Part shown: piece after piece, positions 43,853-57,450 of the stretch
Layout of the letters: the number at the start of each line of letters is the position of its first letter
Numbering within the stretch: position 1 is the stretch's first letter
Assembly (NCBI GenBank): GCA_951406725.2
Contig: OX597828.1
Coordinates: 2,728,001-2,792,000, forward strand
Length of the DNA: 64,000 bases
Origin: Octopus vulgaris
Taxonomy: Eukaryota
Direction of reading: 5' to 3'
Made by a program: the position numbers and the translations under genes
Notes under the pieces: generated by a model
Told to the model about the DNA's origin: nothing
Database searches by the model: none
Seen by the model: only the letters and a program-made list of their open reading frames with translations

Positions 43853-44407
43853 AATACTGTCAGAATTTCTTAACGTAAAACTTTCTTGGTCTGAGGCCCA
43901 CTTTTTTGCAGGGTCTGAAGATAGTAGTAGTAGTAGTAGTAGTTGTTGTTGTTGTTGTTGTTTCCAATATGGTTGGCAACGGCAACCTTATTCTTAAAAT
44001 GTGGTATACACACGCGGGAACACATACCTACATACATACATACGTACTTGCGCGCGCGCGCGTGACGGATGCAGCCCAGTGCAAAGACGGTGCCCCACCT
44101 CCCAGATAAATTTCAAAACACAAAAGTTATTATTATTATCATTATAGTACACACGACTACCTATTTACCTCGATTTTTGTGAGTTTTCCCTTATTTCCCA
44201 ATTGCACTCCACCTCTGCCAACAGCCTTAACCTGGATGCGATCCTGATGTTGCAAATGCTTTTCGTCTACACTTTGTCGTTGTTGTAGTTGGGCTCAGGT
44301 TGTCGTCACTGGTTCGGCATACAGATGACCAAAAGCATTCTAGCAATGAATGTCCCGTATATTTCTTTTATAGCGCTGGACTACTACTACTACTACTAGT
44401 TGTGGTG

Positions 44408-44468
<61 letters not shown>

Positions 44469-44617
44469 CTGTTGTTGTTGTTTGACCCAACGCTTGCTCT
44501 AAATGACCAGACCTGTAATCAAAAGCATTCGAATTGCGACCAACGTCTGTTTTATAAAGATTTAAGTCCACCCAGTACTACTCTTAGAGCGATTTCTCTG
44601 GCTCTTTGTTATTAATA

Positions 44618-45259
44618 TTGGTTTCAAATTTTGGCGCAAGCCCAGCAGTTTCGTTATGAGGAGGAAAGTCGATTATACTGACTCCAGTGTTCAACTGGTA
44701 CTTATTTGATCGACCCCGAAAAGATGAAAGGCAAAGTCGACCACGGAACTCAGAACGTAAAGACGAACGAAATGGCGCTAAGCATTTCGCCCGGCGTAGC
44801 AAAGTTTCTGCTAGCTCACCACATTCTCGTTGTTGTTGATACTAATGATAATCAACATTAATGATCTTTTCTACTATAGGCACAAGGCCTGAAATTTGTG
44901 GGGAGGGAACCAGTCAATTACATCGACCCCAGTGTGTAACTGGTACTTAATTTATCGACCCCCGAAGGGATGACAGATAAAGTCGAACCCAGCGGCTTTT
45001 GAACTCAGAACGTAAAGACAGACGAAATACTTATTTCTTTACTACCCACAAGGGGCTAAACACAGAGAGGACAGACAAGGACAGACAAATGGATTAAGTC
45101 GATTACATCGACCCCAGTGCGTAACTGGTACTTAATTTATCGATCCCGAAAGGATGAAAGGCAAAGTCGACCTCGGCGGAATTTGAACCCAGAACGTAAC
45201 GGCAGACGAAATACGGCTACGCATTTCGCCCGGCGTGCTAACGTTTCTGCCAGCTCGCC
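44618..45259 (-). mobile_element. SINE B monomer (44618-44820) plus dimeric SINE B (44865-45259)
   Basis: Three family B cores. Confidence 0.8.
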
Positions 45260-46203
45260 ATATTCTCTTCGTTATCGATATTAATGATAATTAGCATTAA
45301 TAATAATAGAGGATGTTGGATGGATAGAACCAGTGTAACAATCTTGTAATGAGTCGATACAATCGACTGACTTTCTTCGAGTGTTTATGCTTTATCAGAA
45401 ATTATCGGGAGAATTCTTATTTCTGTGAGTTGTGGGGTGACGATGCTGTTGGGGAATATGAACAGCAAGGAATATATCATCGATATTTCAGGGAAATAAC
45501 TTTGCTGAGTTTAAGATTTTGGCAAGGTGCTGGCGAAGAGACTGGCGTGTTAGTCTCTGCATGCCTGTCTACAACAATCTCCGCCTCATGCAATATATCG
45601 CAGAGAGGACAGGTTAAAAAGTCTAGCTGATCGATTTGTATGAATCGAAAGCTTTATGGGTCGGACATCGCTACGTAGTGGTGGTCCCCAAAGCAACTAA
45701 TGTTGGTTCCGTTTTCACCAAGCAGAACCTTTTCGAATCTCACACCCGAGCCATCAAAGGCGCTTCCTTTCTTCACACCTATATATTCTGCTGCAGAAGC
45801 TGGGTGAATTTAGAGGTATTTACTCGAACTAGGATGCGGGAAGGAAGGCCGTGTCGACAAACGCAGATAACATTACCGTAATGTTGAACACTACAGAACT
45901 TGAGGTGATCGGCATCGTCTGAAGTAATATCAGGCAGTACAAAGAACGCATCTCATACAGGACAAATCAATGGGTTTGAAACTCCGCATCTGAAGATGCA
46001 AGTTCAGATTGGCCGGACGGTCGCTGGACCGAAAGTCAGGTTTAGGCACTTCGTCTCGTTCGTGCTGGACCTGGTGAATAAGAACTTGGTCAAGTTTATG
46101 AAAGTGTGGTCAGTCTTATCTAGAAATGGACTGAGAGGAAGCAATCCCTGTAAGGTCGGGCTGAGATAGTAAATGCGTCTATCACCTTCGTCATAAATAT
46201 ACA

Positions 46204-46416
46204 TTGGTTTCAAATTTTGGCACATGGCCAGTAATTTCAGGGGAGGAGGAAAGTCGATTTGATCGACCCCAGTGCTCGACTGGTACTTATTTTATCGACC
46301 CCGAAAGGATGAAAGGCAAAGTATCTCAGCGGAATTTGAACTCAGAACGTAAAGACGGAAGAAATGCCACTAAGCATTTAGCCCGAGGTACTAACGATTC
46401 TGCCAGCTTGCCGCCT
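46204..46416 (-). mobile_element. SINE family B with TSD-like tcataaatata
   Basis: Core match plus flanking repeat. Confidence 0.8.
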
Positions 46417-47095
46417 TATCATAAATATATATTACCATCTGGCCATCCAGTTTTCGCTTGTCGGGGAGTATCTTCACTTTCGTTTCTTGTGAAATGAATG
46501 CGTTCCACTAGTCTGGCGATCCATCTGCTGTGAAGACCCTCTGCATAAAAGGCTTGCTACGCCGTAGCTGATAATGCACAGATATACGCTGAGACTGCAG
46601 CATCTACAAATATTCCTAGACAGGAAGCAAATGCGATTCCTTTTGTCACGCACAACTTCCCACAGCTCTTTTGTCTTTGCTGGAACTGTAGACCTGGATC
46701 AAACAAGGACCAAAATTGGGCGCTTGGTCTATGCTTTTATCAGGCAATGCCGTCCGTGGAACTTCATAGTGGCGTTCTATTGGAAATAGGTAATGGGAAA
46801 GAGCGCCAACGTTCTTGGGGAAGCTTTAGGCGTTGACCAGAGTCAACTGACTGCAGAATTTTCAGTTTAGGAAGTTTGGGTAATTTCCAGAAATCCCTTG
46901 TCTGGCAGTGCTGTGTGGTAGGGAATGTTACTGGTTTGTGTTAAAATACACAGGCACGGAAGAGCCGTCAGCGGAACCTGACCAAGATATTTGCAAAGTC
47001 ACGAAAGCCTTTTACACGAACTCATTCAATGTCCAGAGATTTGCTGATTTTTGTGGAGGTTTTTGCAGAGCAGCTGTTGTCAGAGGGAAGATGGA

Positions 47096-47159
<64 letters not shown>

Positions 47160-47713
47160 GAGTGAGAGAGCAGTGCATACCATCAAAGTAACACTGGGGT
47201 AAAATATACGAAGCCCAGTATACCCATCATGACAACCCGTCTGATAAGGGTACACAAGGCACATGCATCATAACCATATGTGTGCGACATGGTAATTTCA
47301 TATTAAAATGAACAGCGCATGACCTTGCAGATGGGGCCCAGTTAGAATTTTCGTCAGGTTGAGTAGCCCATCCCGCTCAAAAGGTCCCTGAATAAGGGTT
47401 GTTTAAGGATATTGAACGAAACACCTATGTTTCCAGAGGTGAATTATCCAAACCCCAAAGAATCCCTGTCAACACATGGCTATGATGCTCCACCACTACC
47501 TCTGCTCGTGATCAGAGATGCACATATCGTCAGCCACTATGGGATATGCCTAACTGGTTATGGTCAAACAACTGACAAGCAAATCTGTGGTATTAAGCAG
47601 AATATTTGCTGTAGCCCATCTTTTATACCAAGACAAAACAATGTATATGATAACACTTCCAATCAGTTAAGATCAGAAGCCATGAGAGCCACTGCCTGGT
47701 ACTGCATCAGGGC
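47160..47713. mobile_element. About 555-bp non-coding element embedded in (TTA)n, copy 1
   Basis: Collinear with 48003-48558, with sharp ends at (TTA)n on both sides. Confidence 0.85.
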
Positions 47714-47742
47714 ATTATTATTATTATTACTATTATTATTAA

Positions 47743-47790
<48 letters not shown>

Positions 47791-47806
47791 CATCATCATC
47801 ATCATT

Positions 47807-47859
<53 letters not shown>

Positions 47860-47861
47860 TA

Positions 47862-47947
47862 TTTTATGTTTGACTTTTCTTTACATTTGTACAAGTTGGC
47901 TCCAAGTCTCACCCAGAGACCTTAAGAGACAACAAGTTGGAAGTTCA

Positions 47948-47950
<3 letters not shown>
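47862..47950 (-). mobile_element. Short 3' tail of a TAA-targeting (Dong-like) LINE
   Basis: Embedded in (TTA)/(TCA)n; minus strand ends in an A-rich tail running into TAA/TGA repeats. Family assignment is inference. Confidence 0.4.
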
Positions 47951-48002
<52 letters not shown>

Positions 48003-48558
48003 GAGTGAAAGAGCAGTGCATGCCATGAAAGTGACACTGGAGTAAAATATACGAAGCCCAGTATACCCATCATGACTACCTGTCTGATAAGGGTACACTA
48101 GGCACATGCATCACAACCATATGTGCGCGACATGGTGATTTCATATCAAGATAAACAGCACATGACCTTGCAGGTGGGGCTCAGTTAGAATTTTCTTCTG
48201 GTCGAGTAACCCATCCCGCTCAAAAGGTCCCTGAATAAGGGTTGTTTAAGGATGTTGAACGAAACACCTATGTTTCCAGAGGTGAATTATTCAAACCCCA
48301 AAGAAAATCCCTCTCAACACATGGCTATGATGCTCCCCCACTACTTCTGCTCATGATCAGAGATGCACATATCGTCAGCCACTAAGGAACATGCTCAAAT
48401 GGTTACGGTCAAACAACTGACAAGCAAATCTGTGGTATGGAGCAGAATATTTGCTGTAGCCCATCTTTTATACCAAGACAAAACAATGTACATGATAACA
48501 CTTCCAATCAGTTAAGATCAGAAGCCATGAGAGCCACTGCCTGGTACTGCATCAGGGC
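48003..48558. mobile_element. About 555-bp non-coding element embedded in (TTA)n, copy 2
   Basis: As for copy 1. Confidence 0.85.
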
Positions 48559-48735
<177 letters not shown>

Positions 48736-48736
48736 G

Positions 48737-49108
48737 GTGGCGAGCTGGCAGACTCGTTAGCACGCCGGGCGAAATGCGTAGCCGTCTTTCTTCTGTCGTT
48801 ACGTTCTGAGTTCAAATTCCGCCGAGGTCGACTTTGCCTTTCATCCTTTCGGGGTCGATAAATTAAGTACCAGTTACGCACTGGGGTCGATGTAATCGAC
48901 TTCATCCGTTTGTCTGTCCTTGTTTGTCCCCTCAATATTTAGCCCCTTGTGGGTAATAAAGGAATAGGTATTTCATCTGCCGCTACGTTCTGAGTTCAAA
49001 TTCCGCCGAGGTCGACTTTGCCTTTCATCCTTTCGAGAACACTGGGGTCGATGTAATGGACTGATCCCCTCCCCAAAAATTTCGGGCCTTATGCTTAGAG
49101 TAGAAAAG
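48737..49108 (+). mobile_element. Dimeric SINE family B
   Basis: Two cores in tandem joined at gaaataggtatttc. Confidence 0.8.
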
Positions 49109-49139
49109 ATTATTATAATTATTGGTGGTGGTGGTGGTG

Positions 49140-49184
<45 letters not shown>

Positions 49185-49425
49185 ACAACAACAACAACAA
49201 CAATAGCTGTAGCCGTTGAGGTACGATAGACAAAGAAGCTAGTGGTGAGTGAAATGATTGTGAGGGTCGCTTCTTGCTGCAAATTCAAGGTCAATAACTG
49301 TCGAAGTCAACGCCATTACACCTATCATCATTATTAATCACCGTTATCATTTTCACTGCGAACATTAATTATCTCAAATTATTGTTAATCGATACATCGC
49401 CACTTGCGGCATGCCCAAGTTCTGA

Positions 49426-49456
<31 letters not shown>

Positions 49457-49605
49457 TTCTCTCTCCCTTTCTCTCTCCCTTTCTCTCTCCCTTTCTCTCT
49501 CCCTTTCTCTCTCCCTCTCTGTCTTTCTCTCTCTGTCTATCTATCTATCTCTTTTCTTCTCTCTCTCTCTCTCTATTTATTTATCTGTCTCTCGTTTTCT
49601 CTCTC

Positions 49606-49651
<46 letters not shown>

Positions 49652-49662
49652 TCTTTATCTTT

Positions 49663-49847
49663 AGGTGCAGGCGTGGCTGCGTGGTAAGAAGCTTGCTCCC
49701 AAACCACACGGTTCCGAGTTCAGTCCCACTGCGTGGCACCTTGAGCAAGTGTCTTCTACTATAATCTCGGAACGACCAAAGCCTTGTGAGTGGATTCGGT
49801 GCACGGAAACTGAAAGAAGCCGCTCGTATATATATGTGTGTGTGTGT

Positions 49848-49923
<76 letters not shown>

Positions 49924-50122
49924 GTATATGTGTGTCTGTGCTATCCTAGACAAATTAGCCTTGCCATTTGTCAAAACTTCGTGTATGTTATTTGATACGA
50001 ATTTATGACAATGTTGATATATTTACGTCCCCGAATAAGTCCTGGAGTCGATTTGTTCGACTAAAGGCTGTGCTGCAGCATGGCCGCAGTGAAATGACTG
50101 AAACAAGTAAAAGAATAAAAGA
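49663..50122 (+). mobile_element. SINE family A with internal rearrangement
   Basis: Head and tail match family A. Confidence 0.8.
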
Positions 50123-50458
50123 ATATATACGTCTATATCTTTCGTTCTCTTTCTACCTATCTCTGTATCTGTCTCGGTCTCTTGTTTACGCCATTTCTAA
50201 AACCGCACTTCTTCCCATTTATTGGTTCCGTTTAGAAATGTGCTTCATTAATCAATTGCAATTGATGCAATGATATCGATGGACTTTCTGCTTTAGTAAG
50301 AAATTGCCATCATTGCTACTACTGGCACTCCACGTGGTTGCTGCGCCTGCTAGAAATATTAGCGAAAGATTTCTCAAATAAAGAAAAATACAGTGTGTAT
50401 GAAGAAAAAAGGAGAGTATCGGGATCATGGATCTGCTCTGACAGCCCTTTGGCTAAAC

Positions 50459-50570
50459 CAGCGGTTCCTAACCTTTTCACTATCAAGGACTCCTTTTATT
50501 TAAATGAGTTTTTCCACGGACCCATTTTAATATGCTTATCCTTGTGTGTGTGTGTGTGTGTGTGCGTCCG

Positions 50571-50613
<43 letters not shown>

Positions 50614-50728
50614 TTGTGTGTGCGTGTGTGTATATATGTGTGTGAAATTTTGAATTTAGTTCACGCACCCCTAGTACTACCTTTGCGGACCACCAGGGGG
50701 TCAACGGACCACAGGTTGGGAACCTCTG
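50459..50728. mobile_element. hAT (Charlie-like) MITE
   Basis: TIRs cagcggttcctaacct / aggttgggaacctctg; 8-bp flanks ggctaaac / gtctagac (NTCTAGAN-like target). Confidence 0.8.
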
Positions 50729-51510
50729 GTCTAGACAATAGCAACAACAATTGTTTGTATTTATAATGATTTTCTTCAAACAAAAAAGTCAGAAGCGAAA
50801 GAGTGCCGGACCACAAAAACAAAAGCACACACACAACATACATACATACATACATACACATACATACATACATACATACATACATACATACATACATACA
50901 TACATACATACATACATACATCTATTATCTATTTATGTTCCTCTACAATCTGTGTTGAAATAACACTCGGGTAAACCTCGTCCTTCATCTTTGCAAGATC
51001 GTTAAAAGTAGCAGTCACGTGGTACTTGTCCAGTATACTTTCTCCTCGATGTCTACGATCTTGAATTAACGTTAAAACTCAATTTGAGTTTCATTCTTGA
51101 ATCTGATTGATTCTGAGTCCGATTCGAAATGCATTTAACCTTTCCAGGTTAACAAAATAAACACCAGTAATACACTTGGTCAGTCCAGCGACCAGAACCA
51201 CTAAATTATTCAAGAAACAAACTGTGAGTTTGCGGGTGAGAGATTACATATTAAGGCGGCGAGCTGGCAGACAAAATGCTTAGCAGCAATTCGTCCGACT
51301 TTACTGTTTAAGTTCAAACTCTACAGAGGCCAACTTTGCCGTTCATCCTTTCAAGGTCCACGAAATAAGTACCAGTTGTGCCCTGGGGTTGATGAAATCG
51401 ACTATCCCCTCCCCCAAAATTTATGCCTAAAGTTGAAAGGATTGCGAGCTAGCAGAGTCGTATGGGTTCATTCATTCTTTCGGGAGTGATAAAATGCCAC
51501 TTTATATTTT

Positions 51511-51578
<68 letters not shown>

Positions 51579-52366
51579 ACTCACTCTCTCACTCACTCTC
51601 TCACTCTGGATATTCTCCTGGATCAGGGGTGGGAAGGTCGAGAAGGTGACTGTGTCTGCCTGTGACTTGACACCTAAAAGTATAAGCGAAAGTAATGCTG
51701 ACACAATATTCTCGAGGTGGAGTGTGTGTGTTTGCATGTGTGTGTGTGTGTGTGTTAAGGAACTGCGACGAATTTACTCTGCCGATAAAAAAATATGACG
51801 ATGAATTTTAACTGTTACCGATGTAAATAACCAGGCGATGTATTTATATTCCCGTCGGAAGTTGATGTTACATTTCACATCTCCTGAACTTATTAAACAG
51901 TACTCATTCGCTATTATATATATATTTGCTTACCCCAGATTAAAAAAAATTCATTGTAATATGATGATGGTGGAATCAGGACGGATTAAGGCCAACTGAT
52001 GCCCCAGGTACATCCCAACAATGGTGTCCACTCCACCCTCTCATCATCTAACTACAAGGGATGAATGAAAAATAAGAGATTATAAATTCAGTCTTCTTCC
52101 TTTTTTAAAGTTTATTTTACACTCAAGAGCGTTAAGCAACATGAGCTATTTTTTATATATAACGAGCTAGGACATGTATGTAGGAAAATACAAACTTTTA
52201 ACCTTTCTCCTATAAATATTTTACTTTTAAGATATTTCACAATTTGCAACAGTGTGAATCCGGTTCAAAAATAAATCCTGTTTTTTCTTCTTCCCATGGT
52301 TCCCTGAGCATGTTCCTGTTTTGTTTAATGGTTAATTAATCCACCTCTCGATATTAGTGTTATATC

Positions 52367-52765
52367 CTTTTCTACTCTAAGCACAAGGCCCGAAATTTGG
52401 TGGGGAGGGGCCCAGTCGATTATATCGACCCTGGTGCGTAACTGGTACTTAATTTATCGACCCCCGAAGGGATGACAGATAAAGTCGACCCCAGCGGCTT
52501 TTGAACTCAGAACGTAAAGACAGACGAAATACCTATTTCTTTACTACCCACAAGAAGCTAAACACAGAGAGGACAGACAAGGACAAACAAACGGATTAAG
52601 TCGATTACATCGACCCCAGTGCGTAACTGGTACTTATTTAATCGACCCCTGAAAGGATGAAAAGCAAAGTCGACCTCGGCGGAATTTGAACTCAGAACGT
52701 AACGGCAAACGAAATACGGCTACGTATTTCGCCCGGCGTGCTGACATTTCTGCCAGCTCGCCGCC
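52367..52765 (-). mobile_element. Dimeric SINE family B with about 21-bp TSD
   Basis: ctct(c/t)gatattagtgttatat flanks the whole dimer. Confidence 0.88.
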
Positions 52766-53296
52766 TTCTCTTGATATTAGTGTTATATTCGAAGCGGTCA
52801 TACTAGCATGGTGCTGTAAATTCTACGTGAAACGTTTTACGGATCTTCGATTTTTCAAAAACTATAATATCATTGTTACAAGCGAAAGTTCCCACACACG
52901 ACGGAAAGAGGATCAGAGAAGTTGTAAAGCAAATCCCTATTTTTACTATCTTCACCTCTCCCTTTATTTTCCCCTCTTAACTCAGTACGACTGAAACCTT
53001 GAGGATATTCATTTCTTGTCGACCACTACTTGCACTAATGAGCTTTGTACATTCAAACAAATTGATACACAGTTTCAATATTGTTGACTGTTATAAACTT
53101 GTCAACATTGAAACTTTTTAAGATTTTTTTCTAATTCATAATTCTAAATTTTTACCATTGATAAACAAAAAATATTGTTGAAACTAGTTTGGTATATGTG
53201 TAAAATTTATTTTAAACAGATACATGTTTTTCAAATTTAAGTGCATTTTCAACTACAAATTTGCCTATATTTTTCCTGCGTGGAAATACACCCCCT

Positions 53297-53367
<71 letters not shown>

Positions 53368-53368
<1 letters not shown>

Positions 53369-53595
53369 TTTATTTAAAGCAGCAGAAAATTCTACAAAAC
53401 CTGTTACTCTGAGTTTCGCGTTGCCGTTCATCGGACAGTTTTTTCTAGCAAAAACTGTCCGATGAACGGCAACGCGAAACTCAGAGTAACAGGTTTTGTA
53501 GAATTTTCTGCTGATTTAAATAAAGCATATTACTCTACCACTGGTATTTGAGTACTCTTGTTTTCCACCTTGTTTCACATTTATGTGTTTACTCC

Positions 53596-53597
<2 letters not shown>
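53368..53597. mobile_element. (TA)n-embedded cassette with a 76-bp near-perfect palindrome (53368-53443 / 53450-53525)
   Basis: One mismatch and a 6-bp spacer; each arm holds a hammerhead motif. Confidence 0.85.
53451..53497 (+). ncRNA. Minimal type-I hammerhead-like motif (mirror copy at 53396-53442 on -)
   Basis: AAAACUGU-CCGAUGA-ACG gcaa CGC-GAAA-CU(CAG)AG-UA-ACAGGUUUU; U4C core variant. Confidence 0.6.
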
Positions 53598-53636
<39 letters not shown>

Positions 53637-53708
53637 GCGACTGTGAAGATTTGCATCCCCAACGTAAAACTTATAATGTAATACATGTCCTTGAAGTAGT
53701 AATTGTAC

Positions 53709-53786
53709 GCGGCTGAAGAAGGCCATAGACACACATTATGCATTATTATAAATCCGTCTAATAAAGGCCCGAAACATACGTACCGC
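53709..53786 (+). ncRNA. Type-I hammerhead ribozyme motif with canonical core, inside cassette 53636-53891 between (TA)n tracts
   Basis: GCGG-CUGAAGA-A-GGCC.UAGAC...GUCUA...GGCC-C-GAAA-C(AUAC)G-UA-CCGC. Confidence 0.75.
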
Positions 53787-53888
53787 TGAATCCTTGGCAT
53801 CGTGTTTTTATTTTGATTAATATACTCCACCACCTACACCACTAAATGGTATATACAGGTGCTTACAATTATCAAGTATTCACCCTGA

Positions 53889-53961
<73 letters not shown>

Positions 53962-55620
53962 TACATGGGTTCACACGTACTTTGTCAATATAGAGAGGAT
54001 CTCTACCTATTTAGAGGAACTGACTACCGGATTCATTCCTCAAGTGATCATAGTTGCCACATAGTACCGCATGCAAGAAACTCCTACAATGTCTCACTAC
54101 AGACACCGTCAAAACCCATTGATCCAATAGCACTTTTCCTCGATTGTATTTCCATCTGGATTACGTCATTTGTCTATCTCTACGATCGTCCCAGGACCAC
54201 ATATCTACATTGGATAACGAATTAGGTCACCTGCGCATTTCCCTTATGTAGTACTTTTTCAAAAATATCCCATCTACTGTGTGAAACTGAAAAGATCCAT
54301 TTTTACGAGAAGCTGGGAATGAATGAAAAAGAGAACATAATACTTCCGTTAAAATCCTTCGTTACTAACGAATATTTTTCCTGGTGTTGCAGTAAAAAAT
54401 CAAATCTATATATTTGGTCTGAAAATTAAATCTATCAAGTGAAAGAATTAAGAAAAGAAAAAATCAGTGATAGCGATCATTTGTTTGTCAGAAAAAAAAA
54501 GTATTGAACACGTTAGCTAGGAATGTAACTAATATGAAATGCGTTATTCTTCAAGAATCCACACGAACAAAGATTCCATTACCAAACGACTGAGTGAACA
54601 TGATTGGGAGTCATTTTATCAACATCGGTAAATTCATCGTCAGATTTTTACATCATCAAAACGTTGAATTTTATATTTGCTGAGTAAATACTTCACACTT
54701 CATTAACAATGAAAAACTAATTCAAAGACAATTATTTATATAAAATTCATTCAATATATCTATGTAAAATGAAATCAAAGGTTGTTTTTAAAAACAGAAT
54801 CACAAACGAAAAAAATGCATTTAAAAAGATAACGCAATATCAAGTCGAAGGGAGAAAGAAACATTCTAAAACGACGGTTTATGAGTAATGGTTTCTTAAA
54901 ATAACCGAGTATTTCGTTATCGTTTTTATATTAATCGATTACATGTTGAAGGTTTGCGACACTGCTTTAGCTTTGTCTTTGCAATGGGAAACTTCTGTCC
55001 CGGTCATAGATTCGATTATTACTTCGTTTCTTAACTGTTCCTTCTTTGTGCTTACAAAGAATTTCTAGATTGTGGGCTGGGATGCCTTCATTAATCCATT
55101 ACTTTTTAATGGGTGACGGTGTTCAGAGCTAACCTCTGGTTATCAACAACATTGTTCGTGATCTCTTGTTATTTTTACCTCTGATTGAGCAGACCTATAA
55201 TCAAAGGCATTCCAACCATGACCTTCATATCTTATTATGAATACATTGGACTACGTTATCCAACATATTCTTTCTTTTTAAGTTGCTAGTGTTTGAATTG
55301 AAGGAGATTTGGCTGCTTTTTTCTCGCACACCATACTCCCTTACAGAGATTCGCTCATGGTCTGTTCGAGTTAAAAATGTTCTTGCCTAATTCTGAGCCC
55401 CAGTTGTTGTCATACACATAGTTAATGTTCTTGGGGAAATGAATGGTAGTCTCATTTCTTATTAACCCCTTGAAGAGGAGAAGTGATACTGACCGCATCG
55501 AAACACTGTGTGTGTGAGCAGTGCGATGTCTCGCTCTGCGCGGCACCATATTTTCAAATATACCATACTGAGAAGATTCTGTAAATACACTGTAAAATCC
55601 CTTGTATGAAAAAGGATGTT

Positions 55621-56740
55621 TGCGTTGGCAAGAAAGTAATTTCGTTTTTCGAAAATATATAGACTTAGAATTTTTTGGAAAGACTTTTGTCAATGTTATG
55701 ATGATTTTTTTTTTTCTTTTTTGAGGTTTGATAGCCGTTACTTTTAGCTTACTTTGGAAGCAAATTGCACGTAATTTTGTTTATAACTGTTAGTTCAGTG
55801 TCAGTTTTAACATGGAGTACAAAAACGAACATTTTCGTCATATTTTGCTTTTTTATTTCCGTAAAGGCAAGAAAGCTGTCGAGGCTCACAGAGATGTGTG
55901 AAGTTTATGGTGTTGATTGCTTAACAGAACACACATGTCAGAAATGGTTTAAAAAATTCCCTTCTGGAGATTCTTCACTCAAAGATGACCAACGTTCTGG
56001 TCGCCCTACTGAAGTTGATGATGACCGAATCAAAGCCATAATTGAATTTAATTGCCATATAACTGTGTGAGAGATTGCAGAGAGGTTAAATGTATCACAT
56101 TCAACAACTGAAAATCACTTAAAATGTCTTGGATCCATTAAGAAGCTCGATATTTGGGTTCCACATAAATTGAAAGAGATTCACTTAACGAATCAATATT
56201 TGCGATATGCATCTCAAACGCAATGAAATCGACCTTCTTTTTGAAACGAATCATCACTGGTGATGAAAAATGAATTGTCTGCAATAACATCAATCGAAAA
56301 CAATTATGGTCCAAATGTAATTAACCAGCATAAACTGCATCGAAGTCTGAATTGCATCAAAAAAGATCATGCTGTCAATTTGATGGGATTACAAAGGTGT
56401 TGTGTATTTTGGGCTGCTTCCAAAGAACCAAACGATCAATTCAGATGTTTACTGCTGACAACTAATAAAACTAGAGGAAACAATAAAAAAAAACTGCCAG
56501 AATTGGCAAATCATAAAGGAATCATGTTCCACCATGACAATGCTAGACCACACACGTCTTTGCTAACTCGTGAAAAATTATTGGAGCTTGGTTGGGAAGT
56601 GATGTCACATCCATCATATAGCTCTGACCTTGCATCATTAGATTACCATTTATCTTGAAGTTTGAAAAATTTTTTGAATGATGAAACTTTTAATAATGAT
56701 AATGACCTGAAATTGTGCTTGCTTCAGTTTTTGGCTGAGA
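55621..56740 (+). pseudogene. Mariner (Mos1-type DD34D) transposase pseudogene
   Basis: EHFRHILLFYFRKG, KWFKKF..DDQRSGRP, WVPH, IITGDEK, FHHDNARPH and HPSYSSDLA.LDYHL, with stops and frameshifts. Confidence 0.9.
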
Positions 56741-56784
56741 TTCTGATATACCATATTGCAACTAGCATGAGCAATTTTGCATAA

Positions 56785-57450
56785 TTGCTAATGTTTTAGA
56801 GTTGCATGGACTTTTACAAGTTGATGGCTACAGGGAAAATGGATGAGGAAGGAATTCCAGAGGATTGATGTTATGTGAAGGAAGGACTGGACAAACAGCT
56901 CAGTATGGTGCTTGGGCTTGATAGACAGAATATGGTTGTCAAGAGACAAAGAGTTGAGTGAGTCAGGAATGCCTAAGTGGCAGGTGTTCAAGATTGCCAG
57001 CTCAGAGGAGGAGAAGTTATGTTAGTGATATTATAAATCCAGTATTTTATATTGGATCCCTAGGCCCATAAGGACCCCATGCCCAGTGTACCCCTGCCTT
57101 GAGATGGCAGTCACCATTCTAGATGTGGGAGCCTTGTCCAGTGTGGATCTCAAATGAGAGTAGAATGTATGATTTTGTGTAATTCAGACCACTTCATTGT
57201 CCCAGTGGACAAAATGGAAAAGGTATTACCACAGAGAATGGTGAGGGAGCTGAGCTGGAACAGCCACTCTGGCTCATAGCTTTCTTCATCCCAATAGTGG
57301 GGAGCAGGGATATAGTCAGGGAGCTGAAAGCACCAGAGGTCTCCACTGCCACAGGCTCATAAACCTGTCAGAGGGCAAAGGTAGGAGACAGCATTTGCAT
57401 GAACCTAAGCACAGAGTGTGTTAGCAAGCAACTAGATGATAATCAATCAG
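56785..57450 (-). pseudogene. Decayed LINE ORF2 C-terminal fragment
   Basis: HTELFVQSFLHITSILWNSF resembles the RTxxFxxSFFxRTxxLWNSL ending. Confidence 0.55.

Noticed and set aside
47490-47560. CUGACGA on the minus strand of the TAA element as a hammerhead; its end as a twister or HDV ribozyme
   Set aside because: No properly placed GAAA, stem III or pseudoknot pairings found by eye.
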